Shown here: in pieces, positions 20,714 to 31,502 of the stretch | Layout: each line of letters begins with the position of its first letter | How positions within the stretch are numbered: position 1 is the stretch's first letter | NCBI GenBank assembly: GCA_041695225.1 | Contig: JBGFRI010000027.1 | Span: 1-64,000, forward strand | DNA length: 64,000 nucleotides | Origin: Deinococcota bacterium | GTDB lineage: Bacteria; Deinococcota; Deinococci; Deinococcales; Thermaceae | Direction of reading: 5' to 3' | Notes under the pieces: model-generated | The model's input: only the letters and a program-made list of their open reading frames with translations | Databases searched by the model: none | Told to the model about the DNA's origin: nothing | Translations under genes and position numbers: made by a program

Positions 20714-22356
20714 ACCACCGCCTCCTTGGTCATGTTACAGACCCCTGCTGGGCAGTTACCCTGCAGGTGAGCCTGGTACTCCTGGGGGAAATAGCGCAGG
20801 GTAGAGAGCACCGGGTTGGGGGCCGACTGCCCTAACCCGCACAGGCTGGTCTGCTGCACCAGTTCGCACAGCTCTTCTAGCAGCGCGAGGTCGGAGGCAG
20901 TGGCCTGGCCCTGGCTGATTTTGTCCAGCAGCCCGTACAGTTGCACCGTGCCAACCCGGCAGGGCACGCATTTGCCGCAGGACTCGTCGCGGCAGAAACC
21001 CATAAAGTACCTGGCGACATCCACCATACAGGTATCGCTACCCATCACGATCATCCCACCCGATCCCATAATGGAGCCCAGAGCCGTTAGCGACTCGTAG
21101 TCCACCGGGGAGTCCAGGTAATCGGCCGGAATGCAGCCTCCAGAGGGGCCGCCGGTCTGCACCGCCTTGAAGTGATCGCCATCGGGGATGCCGCCCCCCA
21201 GGTCGAAGATAATTTCCCGCAGGGTCATGCCCATCGGTACTTCCACCAGCCCTACATTGACAATTTTGCCTGCCAGGGCAAAAACCTTGGTGCCCCGGGA
21301 CTTTTCGGTTCCCAGCCTGGCAAACCAGGCTGCTCCGTGGCGCAGGATAGAGGGGATATTGGCGAAGGTTTCCACGTTGTTGATCAGGGTGGGTCGGCCA
21401 AACAACCCCTTTTCTGCCGGATAGGGTGGGCGAGGGCGCGGCAGCCCCCGACCCCCCTCGATAGAAGCCAGCAGAGCGGTCTCTTCACCACAGACATAGG
21501 CCCCGGCGCCCAGACGCACCTCTACTGCAAAGTTAAAGTCGGTTCCCCCGATATTCTGGCCCAGCAGACCCTGCCGCTCGGCCTGGCGGATGGCTTTTTT
21601 CAGCCGCTCTATCGCCAGAGGGTATTCGGCCCGCACATAAAGGTAGCCAAGGCTGGCCCCCACGGCGTAGGCAGCAATGGCCATGCCTTCCAGCACACGG
21701 TGGGGGTCGGACTCGAGCACGCTGCGGTTCATGTAGGCGCCAGGGTCGCCTTCATCTCCGTTGCAGATCACATATTTCGGCGCGCCCTGGGCCTTGGCCA
21801 CGGTGCGCCACTTGAGCCCGGTGGAGTAGCCGGCCCCACCCCGGCCCCTCAGGCCCGAGGCCACTACCTCGTCCACTACCTGGACCGGCGAACGCTCGGT
21901 CAGGGCGGTGAGCAGGGACTGGTAGCCGCCCACCGCCAGGTAGTCATCGAGCTTTTCGGGGTCAATGGAGCCTATGTGTTCGGTAACCACAGGCAGCTGT
22001 CTGGCAAAAAAAGCGGTCTGGAAGGAAAGCTGCTTCTCCAAAAGCACCGGCTGCCCGTCTTTTAGCTCGGCCACCAGGCGGGGTGCGTCCTCAAGCGCCA
22101 GATGTTGCAACAACACGCGCTCCTCTCGGCGCCTCACCGCCCCTAAAGGCCCCCTGGAACACAGCCCCCGGCAGCCTACTTTCCGCACCAGACAGGCTGC
22201 CTCGAGGCCCTGCTGCCTGACCTCTTGCTCCAGTGTCTCGGCCAGCTTCTGGCTGTTGAGCGAGATGCAGCTGGCGGATACACAGACCGAGACCTCGAGG
22301 GGCTTTTGCTGCTGCTGTAAAGCTTCGGCCTGCTGCTTGAGGGCTTCTAGGGTCAT
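20710..22356 (-). CDS. hoxF: Bidirectional hydrogenase NADH/FMN-binding subunit (NuoF-like)
   Basis: [39 protein letters not shown]. Confidence 0.95.
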   Translation of the reverse strand: MTLEALKQQAEALQQQQKPLEVSVCVSASCISLNSQKLAETLEQEVRQQGLEAACLVRKVGCRGLCSRGPLGAVRRREERVLLQHLALEDAPRLVAELKDGQPVLLEKQLSFQTAFFARQLPVVTEHIGSIDPEKLDDYLAVGGYQSLLTALTERSPVQVVDEVVASGLRGRGGAGYSTGLKWRTVAKAQGAPKYVICNGDEGDPGAYMNRSVLESDPHRVLEGMAIAAYAVGASLGYLYVRAEYPLAIERLKKAIRQAERQGLLGQNIGGTDFNFAVEVRLGAGAYVCGEETALLASIEGGRGLPRPRPPYPAEKGLFGRPTLINNVETFANIPSILRHGAAWFARLGTEKSRGTKVFALAGKIVNVGLVEVPMGMTLREIIFDLGGGIPDGDHFKAVQTGGPSGGCIPADYLDSPVDYESLTALGSIMGSGGMIVMGSDTCMVDVARYFMGFCRDESCGKCVPCRVGTVQLYGLLDKISQGQATASDLALLEELCELVQQTSLCGLGQSAPNPVLSTLRYFPQEYQAHLQGNCPAGVCNMTKEAVV

Positions 22357-22868
22357 GGCTCTACCTCGTCTGGGGAATCAGACCGCCCAAACCAGCTCGA
22401 GGTCGTTTCCAGGGCTTGTTCGGGTGTTACCTTGCCTTTGACCGCGCCGTCCAGAACCACCACCGGGGCCAGACTGCAAGCCCCCACACAGCGGGCCTGG
22501 AGCAGGGCCATCTCGCCCCCAGGACTACTCCCTCCCACCCTAACCCGGTGGGCCTTGCTGAGCACCTGTACGATGGCAGGGCCGCCCTTAAGATGGCAGA
22601 CAGTACCCAGGCACACCACGCAGGTGTGCTTAGCCGGGGGCCTCAGGGTGAAGTGGTGATAGAAGGTAGCCGCCCCCCAGACCTTGGCCAACGGAAGCGA
22701 AAGGGTTTCGGCCAGGTAGCGGAGTGAGGGTTTGTCTAAGTAGCCAAAGGTCTGCTGGATCAGGTGCATTCCCTCCACCAGGGCGGCAGGTTTATAGCCA
22801 TGACGGCGCAGGGCCACCTCAACGATTTTCCAGCGCTTGTCCCCGGTAGGCGTAGGCACGCTGGGCAT
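22353..22868 (-). CDS. hoxE: Bidirectional hydrogenase 2Fe-2S subunit (NuoE-like)
   Basis: ATFYHHF, CLGTVCHLKG, RCVGACSLAP; AGGAGG RBS 5 nt upstream. Confidence 0.93.
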   Translation of the reverse strand: MPSVPTPTGDKRWKIVEVALRRHGYKPAALVEGMHLIQQTFGYLDKPSLRYLAETLSLPLAKVWGAATFYHHFTLRPPAKHTCVVCLGTVCHLKGGPAIVQVLSKAHRVRVGGSSPGGEMALLQARCVGACSLAPVVVLDGAVKGKVTPEQALETTSSWFGRSDSPDEVEP

Positions 22869-23248
22869 AATCACCTCCTGTGGGCATCAGCTCACCAGTT
22901 TTCCAAAGGCGGCTGGGTATCCGGGTTGCCGAGGGTTGCGACTCTGGTCATCTGGCAGAACCTTCTTGATCATCCTCCTGGTGTCTGCCGCGCTGGCACG
23001 GCTTGGGTGGGACTGCTGTCAGAAGGGTTAGGCATTGGCCAGTTGTTACTCTGAAGTTCCCAGGGCTGGGCAAATAGTTTCTGTGCTCGCTAAAAGGTCA
23101 TGCCGCTCTTTGGCCCCGTCATCGTCCTGAGTACGTTCTTCCTGCGTCCAGACGGCCTTTCGCCGTCTTGAAGCACAGCCATTGTAACAGGCGACTGGTG
23201 GTGATGCGCGGGACATGTGACCCCTGCTAGTGGAATGTCACAAGCCTC

Positions 23249-23398
23249 AGGTCAAAGGTCGAAGGTCGAAGGTCGAGGGTCAAATAAAGGCCTAAGGCTT
23301 TTAGCTTTCGGCTTTAGGCTATCGGCTATTGGCTATGGGCTAATGGAATGTCCCAGGTCTCGAGTCATACGAGATGCGACTTGTGACCTGCGCCTAGA
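23249..23398. repeat. Heptamer-periodic intergenic repeat
   Basis: aggtcaa aggtcga aggtcga aggtcga gggtcaa ... ttttagc tttcggc tttaggc tatcggc tattggc tatgggc. Confidence 0.85.
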
Positions 23399-23653
23399 TG
23401 GGTACACAAAGGCGTCGTTCAGAGCCGCCATTCCCTGTCCCAGTCTCCGCTTTAATAGCTACCGAACAACTGATGTAATGTTCGCAAAGGTCTTTGTAGC
23501 TAGCTTTTATCCCTTTGTTGGGACTTGCTCCCTCTGACTTGGCTGGTCGTATCTACCCAGTTCCGGACAAGAAGAAAAATGTTGGCTCTTCCAGAAATAG
23601 TGTGGCCTCTATCCAGCTGTCTATCAATGCCGTAGCAAGGTCGGCTATGCGTT

Positions 23654-23688
23654 CTCCCTCTCCCCCTGGGAGAGGGCTGGGGTGAGGG
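23654..23688. repeat. REP-like palindrome of the CCCTCTCCC..GGGAGAGGG..GGGGTGAGGG type
   Basis: CCCTCTCCC-cct-GGGAGAGGG stem followed by CTGGGGTGAGGG. Confidence 0.6.
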
Positions 23689-23927
23689 CTCTAGACATTC
23701 AGATTCGAGCCTCCAAGTATAAACCCGGGTTGCGCCTAGTGTTGGCCTGAGGTCATGGCCAATGGGACATAACCGCGTATGGCCGGGTCTAGACGTAGAG
23801 AGCCAACCCCCAAATCCGCCGGAGGAGTGGTGAAAATACTGTGCTCCTAGCAAGCGCCCAACCCAGACAAAACTGGGAAGAGCCGAAATGTTTAGAGCGC
23901 ACCGGATGGGCATTTGGGAAGTTGAGT

Positions 23928-24761
23928 TTAGATGTGGCGCTTTAGCCACTCCTCTACATCCCGCAAAACCCGGGCTTTGTCCAGGTCGTTGTGGGGCTCG
24001 TGGAACCCACCGGGATAAATCCGCAGCTCCTTGTCGGTATGGGCCACTTTGTTGAATAGCCAGCCTGCTCCTTCAACGCGATTGATGGCATCGGCTTCGC
24101 CGTGCAAAATCAGCAGCGGTGTAACAATATCTTTGGCTTTAGCCTTGACAGACTCAATGGTTTTCAGCACCTCGGTGCCCCAGCGGGCGCTAGCCTGGCC
24201 GTGAACCAGGGGGTCGGTAGTGTATGCCTGTACTACCGCGCTGTCGCGTGAAAGGGCTTTTGTATCCAGGCCTAGCCCGAGTGAAAACTGAGGCCAGTAG
24301 CGCGAAAGCAGCCGTGCAATGATGATTAGCAGCGGTCTGGCACTCTTGCCTGGCTCAATCAAAGCGCCGCTAACTATGGCCCCTCGCAGGTGGGATGGGA
24401 AGTGTATGAGATAGTCGAGCACAACCAGGCTACCCATACTGTGGCCGTAGGCAAAAAGTGGAAGGCCGGGCTCGAGCGACTCCACCTTCTGCCGGAATAG
24501 AGCAAAATCCATCTGATACTCACTCCAGCGCTCGAGGTGACCCCGTTGGCCCGGCGAGCGCCCGTGGCCCCGTTGGTCGAAGGCATATACGACAAACCCT
24601 CGGGGAACCAGGTGCTCGACCAGGCTGGTATATCGTCCACTGTGCTCACCAAAGCCATGTGCAACCAGCACAGCCGCCTTTGCAGGCAAAGCAGGCCGCC
24701 AGCACTGATAAAACAGCGTTAAGCCGTCCGAACCTGTAAATCTCCCTTCGCAATGTTCCAT
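23928..24761 (-). CDS. Alpha/beta hydrolase (lysophospholipase/monoacylglycerol lipase)
   Basis: HGFGEHSGRY, DQRGHGRS, GHSMG, LHGEAD, FHEPHND. Confidence 0.93.
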   Translation of the reverse strand: MEHCEGRFTGSDGLTLFYQCWRPALPAKAAVLVAHGFGEHSGRYTSLVEHLVPRGFVVYAFDQRGHGRSPGQRGHLERWSEYQMDFALFRQKVESLEPGLPLFAYGHSMGSLVVLDYLIHFPSHLRGAIVSGALIEPGKSARPLLIIIARLLSRYWPQFSLGLGLDTKALSRDSAVVQAYTTDPLVHGQASARWGTEVLKTIESVKAKAKDIVTPLLILHGEADAINRVEGAGWLFNKVAHTDKELRIYPGGFHEPHNDLDKARVLRDVEEWLKRHI

Positions 24762-24822
24762 ACAATTCCCCGTTGGCTCATTTTCCAGCCTTTGGCAGGT
24801 TATGGCCAGAACGCACTTTCTA

Positions 24823-25959
24823 TCACTCGGTCTGGGCCAGACCCGGCCAGCTTGCCGGGCGTTCTCCCAGCCCCAGACGCCAGGCCACCCCCTGGGCACA
24901 GCGTAGGGCTGCCCGGCCATCGCCGTAGGGGTTGGGCCGGTTGCGCATAGCTTGGAGGGCTGCCTCATCCGATAGCAGGGTATTGATAGTGGCGAAGACC
25001 TGTCCGGGGTCGGTTCCGGCCAGTTTCAAAGCCCCCACCGCCAGTCCCTCGGGCCGCTCGGTAACGTTGCGCATCACCACCACCGGTACCCCTAGGGTGG
25101 CCCCGCTTTCCTGTACTCCCCCGGAGTCGGTCACCAGCAGGTCGGCGCGTTTCATCAGGCCAGCCATGGCCCCAAACTCCAGCGGCTCCAAAAGCTGGAA
25201 GTTTGGCAGGCCGGCGAGCTCGGGATAGACCGCCTCGCGTACCGCCGGATTCAGATGCACCGGATAGACAAAATGGCAGTCGGGATGGGCCCTGGCTATC
25301 CGCCCCAGGGCAGCCGCCAAGCCGCGCATGAAGGGCAGATTCTCGCGGCGGTGCATGGTCACGCCCACGATGCGCTTTCCTTCAGGTAAGGGCGGGGGCG
25401 TACCGCGCTCACTGGCGTATAGTACGGCATCAACCTCGGTCTGGCCGGTCACGATGATATTTTGTGCGGCTTTGCCTTCGCGCAAGAGGTTTTCCTTGGA
25501 AGTATGGGTGGGAGGCAGGTCCAGGTCAGTCAGCACATCGGTCAGGCGGCGGTTGGCTTCTTCGGGGAAGGGCTCGAGCATATTGAAGCTACGAAGCCCA
25601 GCCTCCACATGGGCCACCGGGATACCCTCGAAAAAAGCCGCCAGCGTTACGGCAAAGGTAGTAAGGGTATCGCCGTGCACCACCACATAATCGGCCCGCA
25701 ATTCTTTGAGCTTGTCTGCTGCGGCTGGCACGATGCGTCCCATCAGGGCAGGTAGAGTCTGGCGGTCGGTCATCACCTGCAGGTCGCTATCAGGCACGAT
25801 GCCAAACACCCGCAAGGCATCCTCGAGCTGGGTGCGGTGTTGTCCGGTAGAGAGTACAATAGTCTCTATCCCAGCCTGCTGCCGCATGGCAAAGATAACC
25901 GGGGCCATCTTGATGGCCTCGGGCCGGGTACCAAAGGCCAGCACCACCCGCTGGCTCAT
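24823..25959 (-). CDS. wecB: UDP-N-acetylglucosamine 2-epimerase (non-hydrolysing)
   Basis: [42 protein letters not shown]. Confidence 0.96.
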   Translation of the reverse strand: MSQRVVLAFGTRPEAIKMAPVIFAMRQQAGIETIVLSTGQHRTQLEDALRVFGIVPDSDLQVMTDRQTLPALMGRIVPAAADKLKELRADYVVVHGDTLTTFAVTLAAFFEGIPVAHVEAGLRSFNMLEPFPEEANRRLTDVLTDLDLPPTHTSKENLLREGKAAQNIIVTGQTEVDAVLYASERGTPPPLPEGKRIVGVTMHRRENLPFMRGLAAALGRIARAHPDCHFVYPVHLNPAVREAVYPELAGLPNFQLLEPLEFGAMAGLMKRADLLVTDSGGVQESGATLGVPVVVMRNVTERPEGLAVGALKLAGTDPGQVFATINTLLSDEAALQAMRNRPNPYGDGRAALRCAQGVAWRLGLGERPASWPGLAQTE

Positions 25960-26213
25960 CCTGTCCCCTGGCTACTGGTGTGCAAAGAATACGCGCCCAT
26001 CTTACTGCCTCATAGTCTACACAAGCTATCTACGCCGGCTACCGCTGTGAGCCAGGGTTATTCTTATGTGGTTTTCGTTGTTCCTTGTAAGGTTTTTGGG
26101 CCGATGACCTGCTTTAACGGCTGTGCCTCAGTTCCCTCAACCAGACCGACACCTGTTGCGCAGGCCCTGCATTGTAATCCACTCTAAACGCCGTGGAAGC
26201 ACGACCCTGATGC

Positions 26214-26720
26214 TTAGCGGCGACGACGTAGCAGGCGTGAGTCTGGCCAGATACCATCGGCAATCAGGTGCAGCCACTGAGAGGCATAATACCCCAAGAC
26301 CAGCGCCCACAAGACTTCTGGTGGGGGTACTTTAAGCTGGGCCTGCACATCTAAACTGACCCCCATATAGCCGGTGATGGCCGTACTGAGCCAGTACAAA
26401 GCTACCCCCATCGCGCCGAGGTACATGATGCGCGTTAGGGGGCCCACTATCCAGGTGTGAGAAAGCCCTCGATGGGAAAAAATCCAGCCATAGGGTACCC
26501 AGAACAAACCCAACCAACCCCAGCGTCCTTTGGCCTGCACCTGTCGCTCGGCGAGATCGAGGTCGGGGGTAATCAGGAAAGTTCCCAGCAAGAAGCTGCC
26601 GACAAAGGCCACTGCAACGGGCTGGCTGATGGCGATATCCTGCTGGAAGACCCAGTAAGCGGCTGAGCCTAGCCCCAGCGCGCCAGTGTTGATGGCTTCG
26701 TGAACACGACCAGACGGCAC
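26214..26720 (-). CDS. DUF2227-like putative metal-binding membrane protein
   Basis: MPSGRVH, PDLD, HRGLSH..IVG..TR..Y, HLIAD. Confidence 0.85.
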   Translation of the reverse strand: MPSGRVHEAINTGALGLGSAAYWVFQQDIAISQPVAVAFVGSFLLGTFLITPDLDLAERQVQAKGRWGWLGLFWVPYGWIFSHRGLSHTWIVGPLTRIMYLGAMGVALYWLSTAITGYMGVSLDVQAQLKVPPPEVLWALVLGYYASQWLHLIADGIWPDSRLLRRRR

Positions 26721-26876
26721 CTGTGTAGTTTACTGCTCGGGCTGGGGGTTTGGTCCCAAGCCAACAATATCGTAAGCCCATCAGCCGACGGGTGATCTGG
26801 ACTGCTTTCCCGTTGGCTACGCCTCAGGGTCGCAGAGACCCGAAAAATCTATTCCTACCGAGGTTACCAGAGAGTC

Positions 26877-27806
26877 TCAGGACAGTCCAGTTATTTCGAG
26901 TATAAACAGCATATACAACACTAAAAATAGCATACCCTCCCAGTTGGAGATGCGCCGGTCTTGCACCAAAAGATAAAACAAGAGCGAGGAGCCTGCCATA
27001 AAGGGGAGGGCAAACCCAGTTAGCTCGGGGGGTGCTTGAACGGTCCCATATGCTGCTCCAGCTCCCACTACCACCAGTGCATTAAAGACACAAGAACCCA
27101 GGATGCTGCCTACTGCTAGAGAGGCTTTACCCTGTCGCGCAGCCGTAAGACACACCACCAGTTCGGGCAGGGTGGTACCCAGCGCCAGAATCGTCACCGC
27201 CACAATGGCTGTAGGGACCCCCAGGCCGGTCGCCAAGCCCTGGAGGCTCCCCACAGTCCAGACCGCGCCAAAATAGATGCCCACAGCACTGAACAAAACA
27301 ATTAGCAGGTCTTGCACAGCAATGGGGGTCCTGGTTTTGATGTTGCGCCAACCACTGCTCTCTCGGAGCAGATACCCTACATAAAGCAGATAGACCAGCA
27401 GCATTAACAGCCCCTCTACCCGGCCCACCATCCCGTCAAACATGACCACGCTAAGTACAAAGGCCGAACCCACCAGAAAATGCAGATCAATTGCGATATA
27501 CTTCTCGCCGAGATAAACTGGCCGCAACACCGAAAAAACCGCAGTCACACCGAGGACAAGAAGTAGATTGGACACATTGGCACCGAGAACGTTGCCACTC
27601 ACTATTTCCGAAACCCCCTGGCGTACTGCGATCAGACCCGAGACCAGTTCGGGTAACGATGTTCCTACTCCTACGATAATGACTCCCACCATGAAGGTAG
27701 AAAGACCCAGCGCCAGCCCAATGCGTTCGGCAGACCTGGTAAATAGGCGAGCTGAGATCAGCAACAGGGCAAGGCTGCCTGCGAAAACTAAGAACAGTAG
27801 CCACAT
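26877..27806 (-). CDS. Ca2+/Na+ antiporter (YrbG/CaCA family)
   Basis: Two alpha repeats GTSLPEL and GTTLPEL; GNVLGAN. Confidence 0.92.
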   Translation of the reverse strand: MWLLFLVFAGSLALLLISARLFTRSAERIGLALGLSTFMVGVIIVGVGTSLPELVSGLIAVRQGVSEIVSGNVLGANVSNLLLVLGVTAVFSVLRPVYLGEKYIAIDLHFLVGSAFVLSVVMFDGMVGRVEGLLMLLVYLLYVGYLLRESSGWRNIKTRTPIAVQDLLIVLFSAVGIYFGAVWTVGSLQGLATGLGVPTAIVAVTILALGTTLPELVVCLTAARQGKASLAVGSILGSCVFNALVVVGAGAAYGTVQAPPELTGFALPFMAGSSLLFYLLVQDRRISNWEGMLFLVLYMLFILEITGLS

Positions 27807-28168
27807 GGGGAGTACCTGCTTAGCACCATACACACAAAAACATTCATAATCCAAATATACCGGGTCGCAGTCTGACGATAGCCTGGATCCCAAAGCCGGA
27901 CACTGAGCACAGACCGGACGCCGCATCTCGCCGTCATTGCAGGGAGGCCAAAGGCCGACGCAGCAACCCAGAATCAGCGAGTGGGCTAGTGGACGGCTCC
28001 TGCGCCTCGTAGTGACCGCTGAGGCCTTCGGGACTATCCAAGTTTTATCCTGCATCATCTAGTGGCCCGCCTCAGTGCCTTGCAGTGACGACGGAGACTG
28101 CACACACGCGCTGGGCGAAAGTTAGCGATTGACAGCGCACTAGCAAACAGCGCGATAAAATATCCTCC

Positions 28169-29272
28169 ATGCGTCCCGCCTGGCTGGAAGTCAGTTTCGA
28201 TGCCCTGGCCCACAATCTGAATCTGCTGCGGGCTAAGGCAGGTAATGCGCAGGTGGTAGGGGTTGTCAAGGCCAACGCCTACGGACATGGCGCGGTGGAG
28301 GTGGGCAAGGAATTGCTTCGGCTAGGGGTCTGGGGGCTGGCCGTGGCCACGACCGAAGAAGCCCGTGAACTGCGTAAGGCCGGCATTGTAGCCCGAATTT
28401 TGTTACTGGGCAGCCTGCACCCCGGGCAAGTGAGGGAAGTGGTCGAGCTGAACCTAATTCCCTCTATTTCGACCCCGGAAAGCGCCGAGGCGTTAAATGC
28501 TGTGGGAAAGGCGGTGGTGGTACACCTCGAGTTCGACACCGGGATGGGCCGGGTGGGCTTTCAGCCCGGGGTAGCCCAGACGGTCAAAGAACACTTTGTC
28601 CGCTATGAAAACTTGCTTATCCAGGGTATCTACTCCCACTTTGCCGATGCCGAGAAAAACCCCATCTGGACAAAAGAGCAAATTGCCAGCTTCGCGCAGG
28701 TGCAGCAGGTGTTTGGGCCAGGCTACTTCTACCATCTGTGCAACACCGCCGGAACTGTTAATTTTAGTAAATATGGTTTTAGCGCTGTACGCCCAGGGAT
28801 TGGGCTGTATGGGTTGCTGCCCGACCTGGGTCTGAATCCCATTGCCCGCCTGCTAGCTAAACCTACCCAGGTAAAACTGCTTCCAGCTGGGCGCAAAATT
28901 GGCTACAGCGGTCTGTACACCACCCAGGGCCCGGAATGGATTGCCACCCTGCCGGTTGGTTATGCTGACGGTATGCCCCGGCTGGTCTTCAACCGGGCCA
29001 CGGTGCGGTTTTATGATGCCGAGTCTCATAACCCCTGCGCCTGCCTGGTGGTGGGAGGGGTTTCGATGGACCAGATCACGGTTAGAATTCCTAAGCCGGT
29101 GGGTTTAGATCAGATATTTGAAGTGGCGACTGCGGACTTTGACCCCACCAGCAGTCTGTGGGGCTGGGCGGAACTGACTAAAACGGTGAGCTACGAACCG
29201 GCGGTGCGGCTATCGCCCCGTCTGCCACGGGTATATCTGCGCGACGGGGTGGAGGTTGCACGCACGGGGTAG
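28169..29272 (+). CDS. alr: Alanine racemase
   Basis: VVKANAYGHG (PLP Lys), DTGMGRVG, RPGIGLYG, GYADG, SMDQ. Confidence 0.96.
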   Translation: MRPAWLEVSFDALAHNLNLLRAKAGNAQVVGVVKANAYGHGAVEVGKELLRLGVWGLAVATTEEARELRKAGIVARILLLGSLHPGQVREVVELNLIPSISTPESAEALNAVGKAVVVHLEFDTGMGRVGFQPGVAQTVKEHFVRYENLLIQGIYSHFADAEKNPIWTKEQIASFAQVQQVFGPGYFYHLCNTAGTVNFSKYGFSAVRPGIGLYGLLPDLGLNPIARLLAKPTQVKLLPAGRKIGYSGLYTTQGPEWIATLPVGYADGMPRLVFNRATVRFYDAESHNPCACLVVGGVSMDQITVRIPKPVGLDQIFEVATADFDPTSSLWGWAELTKTVSYEPAVRLSPRLPRVYLRDGVEVARTG

Positions 29273-29335
29273 TGTGCGCCCCGGAGCCGGTACGAGATAC
29301 TTTTGCTTTCCAAGCCAGCGGCGAGAATCGGGTAG

Positions 29336-29665
29336 GTGAATGCGGTGAAAGCCATCAAGCTGTTTCAGGGCTACTTGTGGCACCCTAAAGGGCTAGACTT
29401 CGACCCACGCACAGCCATTCCCCGCCAGCTGGGGGAGGTGCATGTGCTGATTGACAGGGTGCGCGCGCCCATGACCTTTTTCGATAATGGCAGCCTGACC
29501 GAGACCCAGGAGTTCTACCAGGTCACGCTGCTGGTGCGCACCGAGCAAGAGCCAGACGAACTGAAGCCCCTGGCCCAGTGGGTGAGCCAGGAGCTAAACC
29601 CCCACCTCGAGGCCACGCCCAAAGAGGTGGGCTGGCAACTGCTGGAAGACCTGCGGCAAATGTGA
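29336..29665 (+). CDS. DUF3208-like Deinococcus-Thermus protein
   Basis: IKLFQGYLWHP, FYQVT, TP..VGWQL.EDLR. Confidence 0.75.
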   Translation: MNAVKAIKLFQGYLWHPKGLDFDPRTAIPRQLGEVHVLIDRVRAPMTFFDNGSLTETQEFYQVTLLVRTEQEPDELKPLAQWVSQELNPHLEATPKEVGWQLLEDLRQM

Positions 29666-29834
29666 GCGGCTTTTTCAGACCAGTCTGACGGGCTGGGTCA
29701 AGATGAAGCTCAGCCCTGCAGTTTTGACGGGCCGCAGGTCAGCAAGCCTAGCAGCAGCTTGTGGTCTTAGAAGCTACCCCGTACGCCAGCCCCAAACCAT
29801 GCCCTGGGACATAAGTGGCCAGTGAGACTGGATC

Positions 29835-30520
29835 CTATGAAGTTTTAGACCCGGCTCCGTCGAGTTTAGTCCACTGGGTCTGGTCGTGGTCGGGGATCAG
29901 GTCCTCGGCCTGACGCACCACCCGAAACAAGTAACCTCCCAGACCCACTGCCATCCCCAGCAGGCCGCTTACCACCAGCAGCAGGCCCATCCCGGCCCCT
30001 GGCCCCACGCCCAGCAGGCCGCCAAACAGGTCGGCCAGGGAGCCGCCGGGCATCATGGCGGGAGTGAGAACCCGGTCGGCCAGCGGCCCAGCTATCAGCA
30101 TGGCCACTGGGCCCGCCGCCCAGGCAATCATGCGCCGGGCCGAGAAGACCCTGCCCTGTACATCGGGAGGCACCTTGGCCTGCCAGATGGCCTGATTGGA
30201 GCCATTCAGCATGGGCACAATTAGCGCAAAGACAAAGGCGCAGGCCGCCCAGACCCAGACGCTCTGCCCCAGCCCCAGCAGCACACTGCCGAAAAAACTC
30301 GAGAGCACCCAGCCCAGCAGCACCCCATGCACTTTGCGGCGCGGACCTCCCCAGGTTGCCAGCAGCAAGCCGCCCAGCACCCCACCAATGCCCGCCGCAC
30401 TCTGCACCGTGGCCAGCGCGGTCTCGCTCGAGGTGGTGCGGGCCAGAATCATGGCGGCCATGGCGACCGAACCCAGGTTGGCCGCCAGATTTCCCAACAA
30501 AAATACCAGCTGCAAACCCC
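29835..30520 (-). pseudogene. 5'-truncated MFS transporter (C-terminal half, macrolide-efflux-like)
   Basis: About six TM segments, NQAIWQAKVPPDVQGRVFS motif; no N-terminal half or credible start. Confidence 0.7.
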
Positions 30521-30730
30521 AACTGGAGCAGAAAAATACGTGATGCACCTGGGCCTGGCCCACACCCCCGACCCCTAGAGCCATCCGTCGAGTTGCATCT
30601 CTGTAGTGTCCAATATGGCTGAGCGAGGCAACAGGGTTGGGGGAAAGAACAGCCCTTGTGGAGATATGTTCTGTCTCTATTAGGAATGAGGGGCTGGACG
30701 GCGGTTCGCAAGAACCATACCCGGGGCGCC

Positions 30731-31501
30731 TCAGTCGTCTGCCGCCGACCGCGAGCCGTCTGGGCGCTTCTTGCTACCAAACAAGCGCCGGAAGAAGCTC
30801 AGCACCGGGTCGTAGTACTCGTCCACTACCCGCTCTTTGAGCGGGATGATGGCGTTATCGGTGATGTGGATGTGCTCGGGGCAGACCTCGGTACAGCACT
30901 TGGTGATGTTGCAGAAACCGATGCCACCCTCGTTCTTGAGCATCTCGAGGCGGCTGGCGGTATCCAGGGGATGCATCTCCAGGCTGGCCGTGCGCACCAG
31001 CAGGCGAGGCCCGATAAAGCCCGTTTTCTCGTCGTGGTCGCGCAGTACGTGACAAACATTCTGGCACAGGAAGCACTCGATACACTTGCGGAACTCCTGC
31101 ACCCGGTCCACGTCCTCCTGCATCATGATCCAGTCGGTGTTGGGCGCCGGGGTAAAGGGCTTGATTTTCTTGTTGGCCTCGTAGTTCCACTGCACGTCGG
31201 TGGTCAGGTCGCGGATCAGCGGGAAGGTCTTCATGGGCCGAACCGTGATGGGCTTGGAGGTGTCAATGGAGTCTAGCCGGGTCATGCACATCAGGGTCGG
31301 CTTGCCGTTGACCTCGGCTCCGCAGGAGCCACACTTTCCGGCTTTACAGTTCCAGCGGCAGGCCAGGTCGGGGGCTTGTTCGGCCTGGATCTGCTGGATG
31401 GCGTCCAGCACTACCATCCCCTCCTCCACCACCACGGTGTAATCCTTCAGCTCACCGCCGCTCTTGTCGCCCCGGAACACCTTAAAGTTGAGGTTTTGCA
31501 T
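30731..31501 (-). CDS. sdhB: Succinate dehydrogenase/fumarate reductase Fe-S subunit
   Basis: RWNCKAGKCGSC, CIECFLCQNVCH, CNITKCCTEVCPE. Confidence 0.95.
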   Translation of the reverse strand: MQNLNFKVFRGDKSGGELKDYTVVVEEGMVVLDAIQQIQAEQAPDLACRWNCKAGKCGSCGAEVNGKPTLMCMTRLDSIDTSKPITVRPMKTFPLIRDLTTDVQWNYEANKKIKPFTPAPNTDWIMMQEDVDRVQEFRKCIECFLCQNVCHVLRDHDEKTGFIGPRLLVRTASLEMHPLDTASRLEMLKNEGGIGFCNITKCCTEVCPEHIHITDNAIIPLKERVVDEYYDPVLSFFRRLFGSKKRPDGSRSAADD

Positions 31502-31502
31502 C

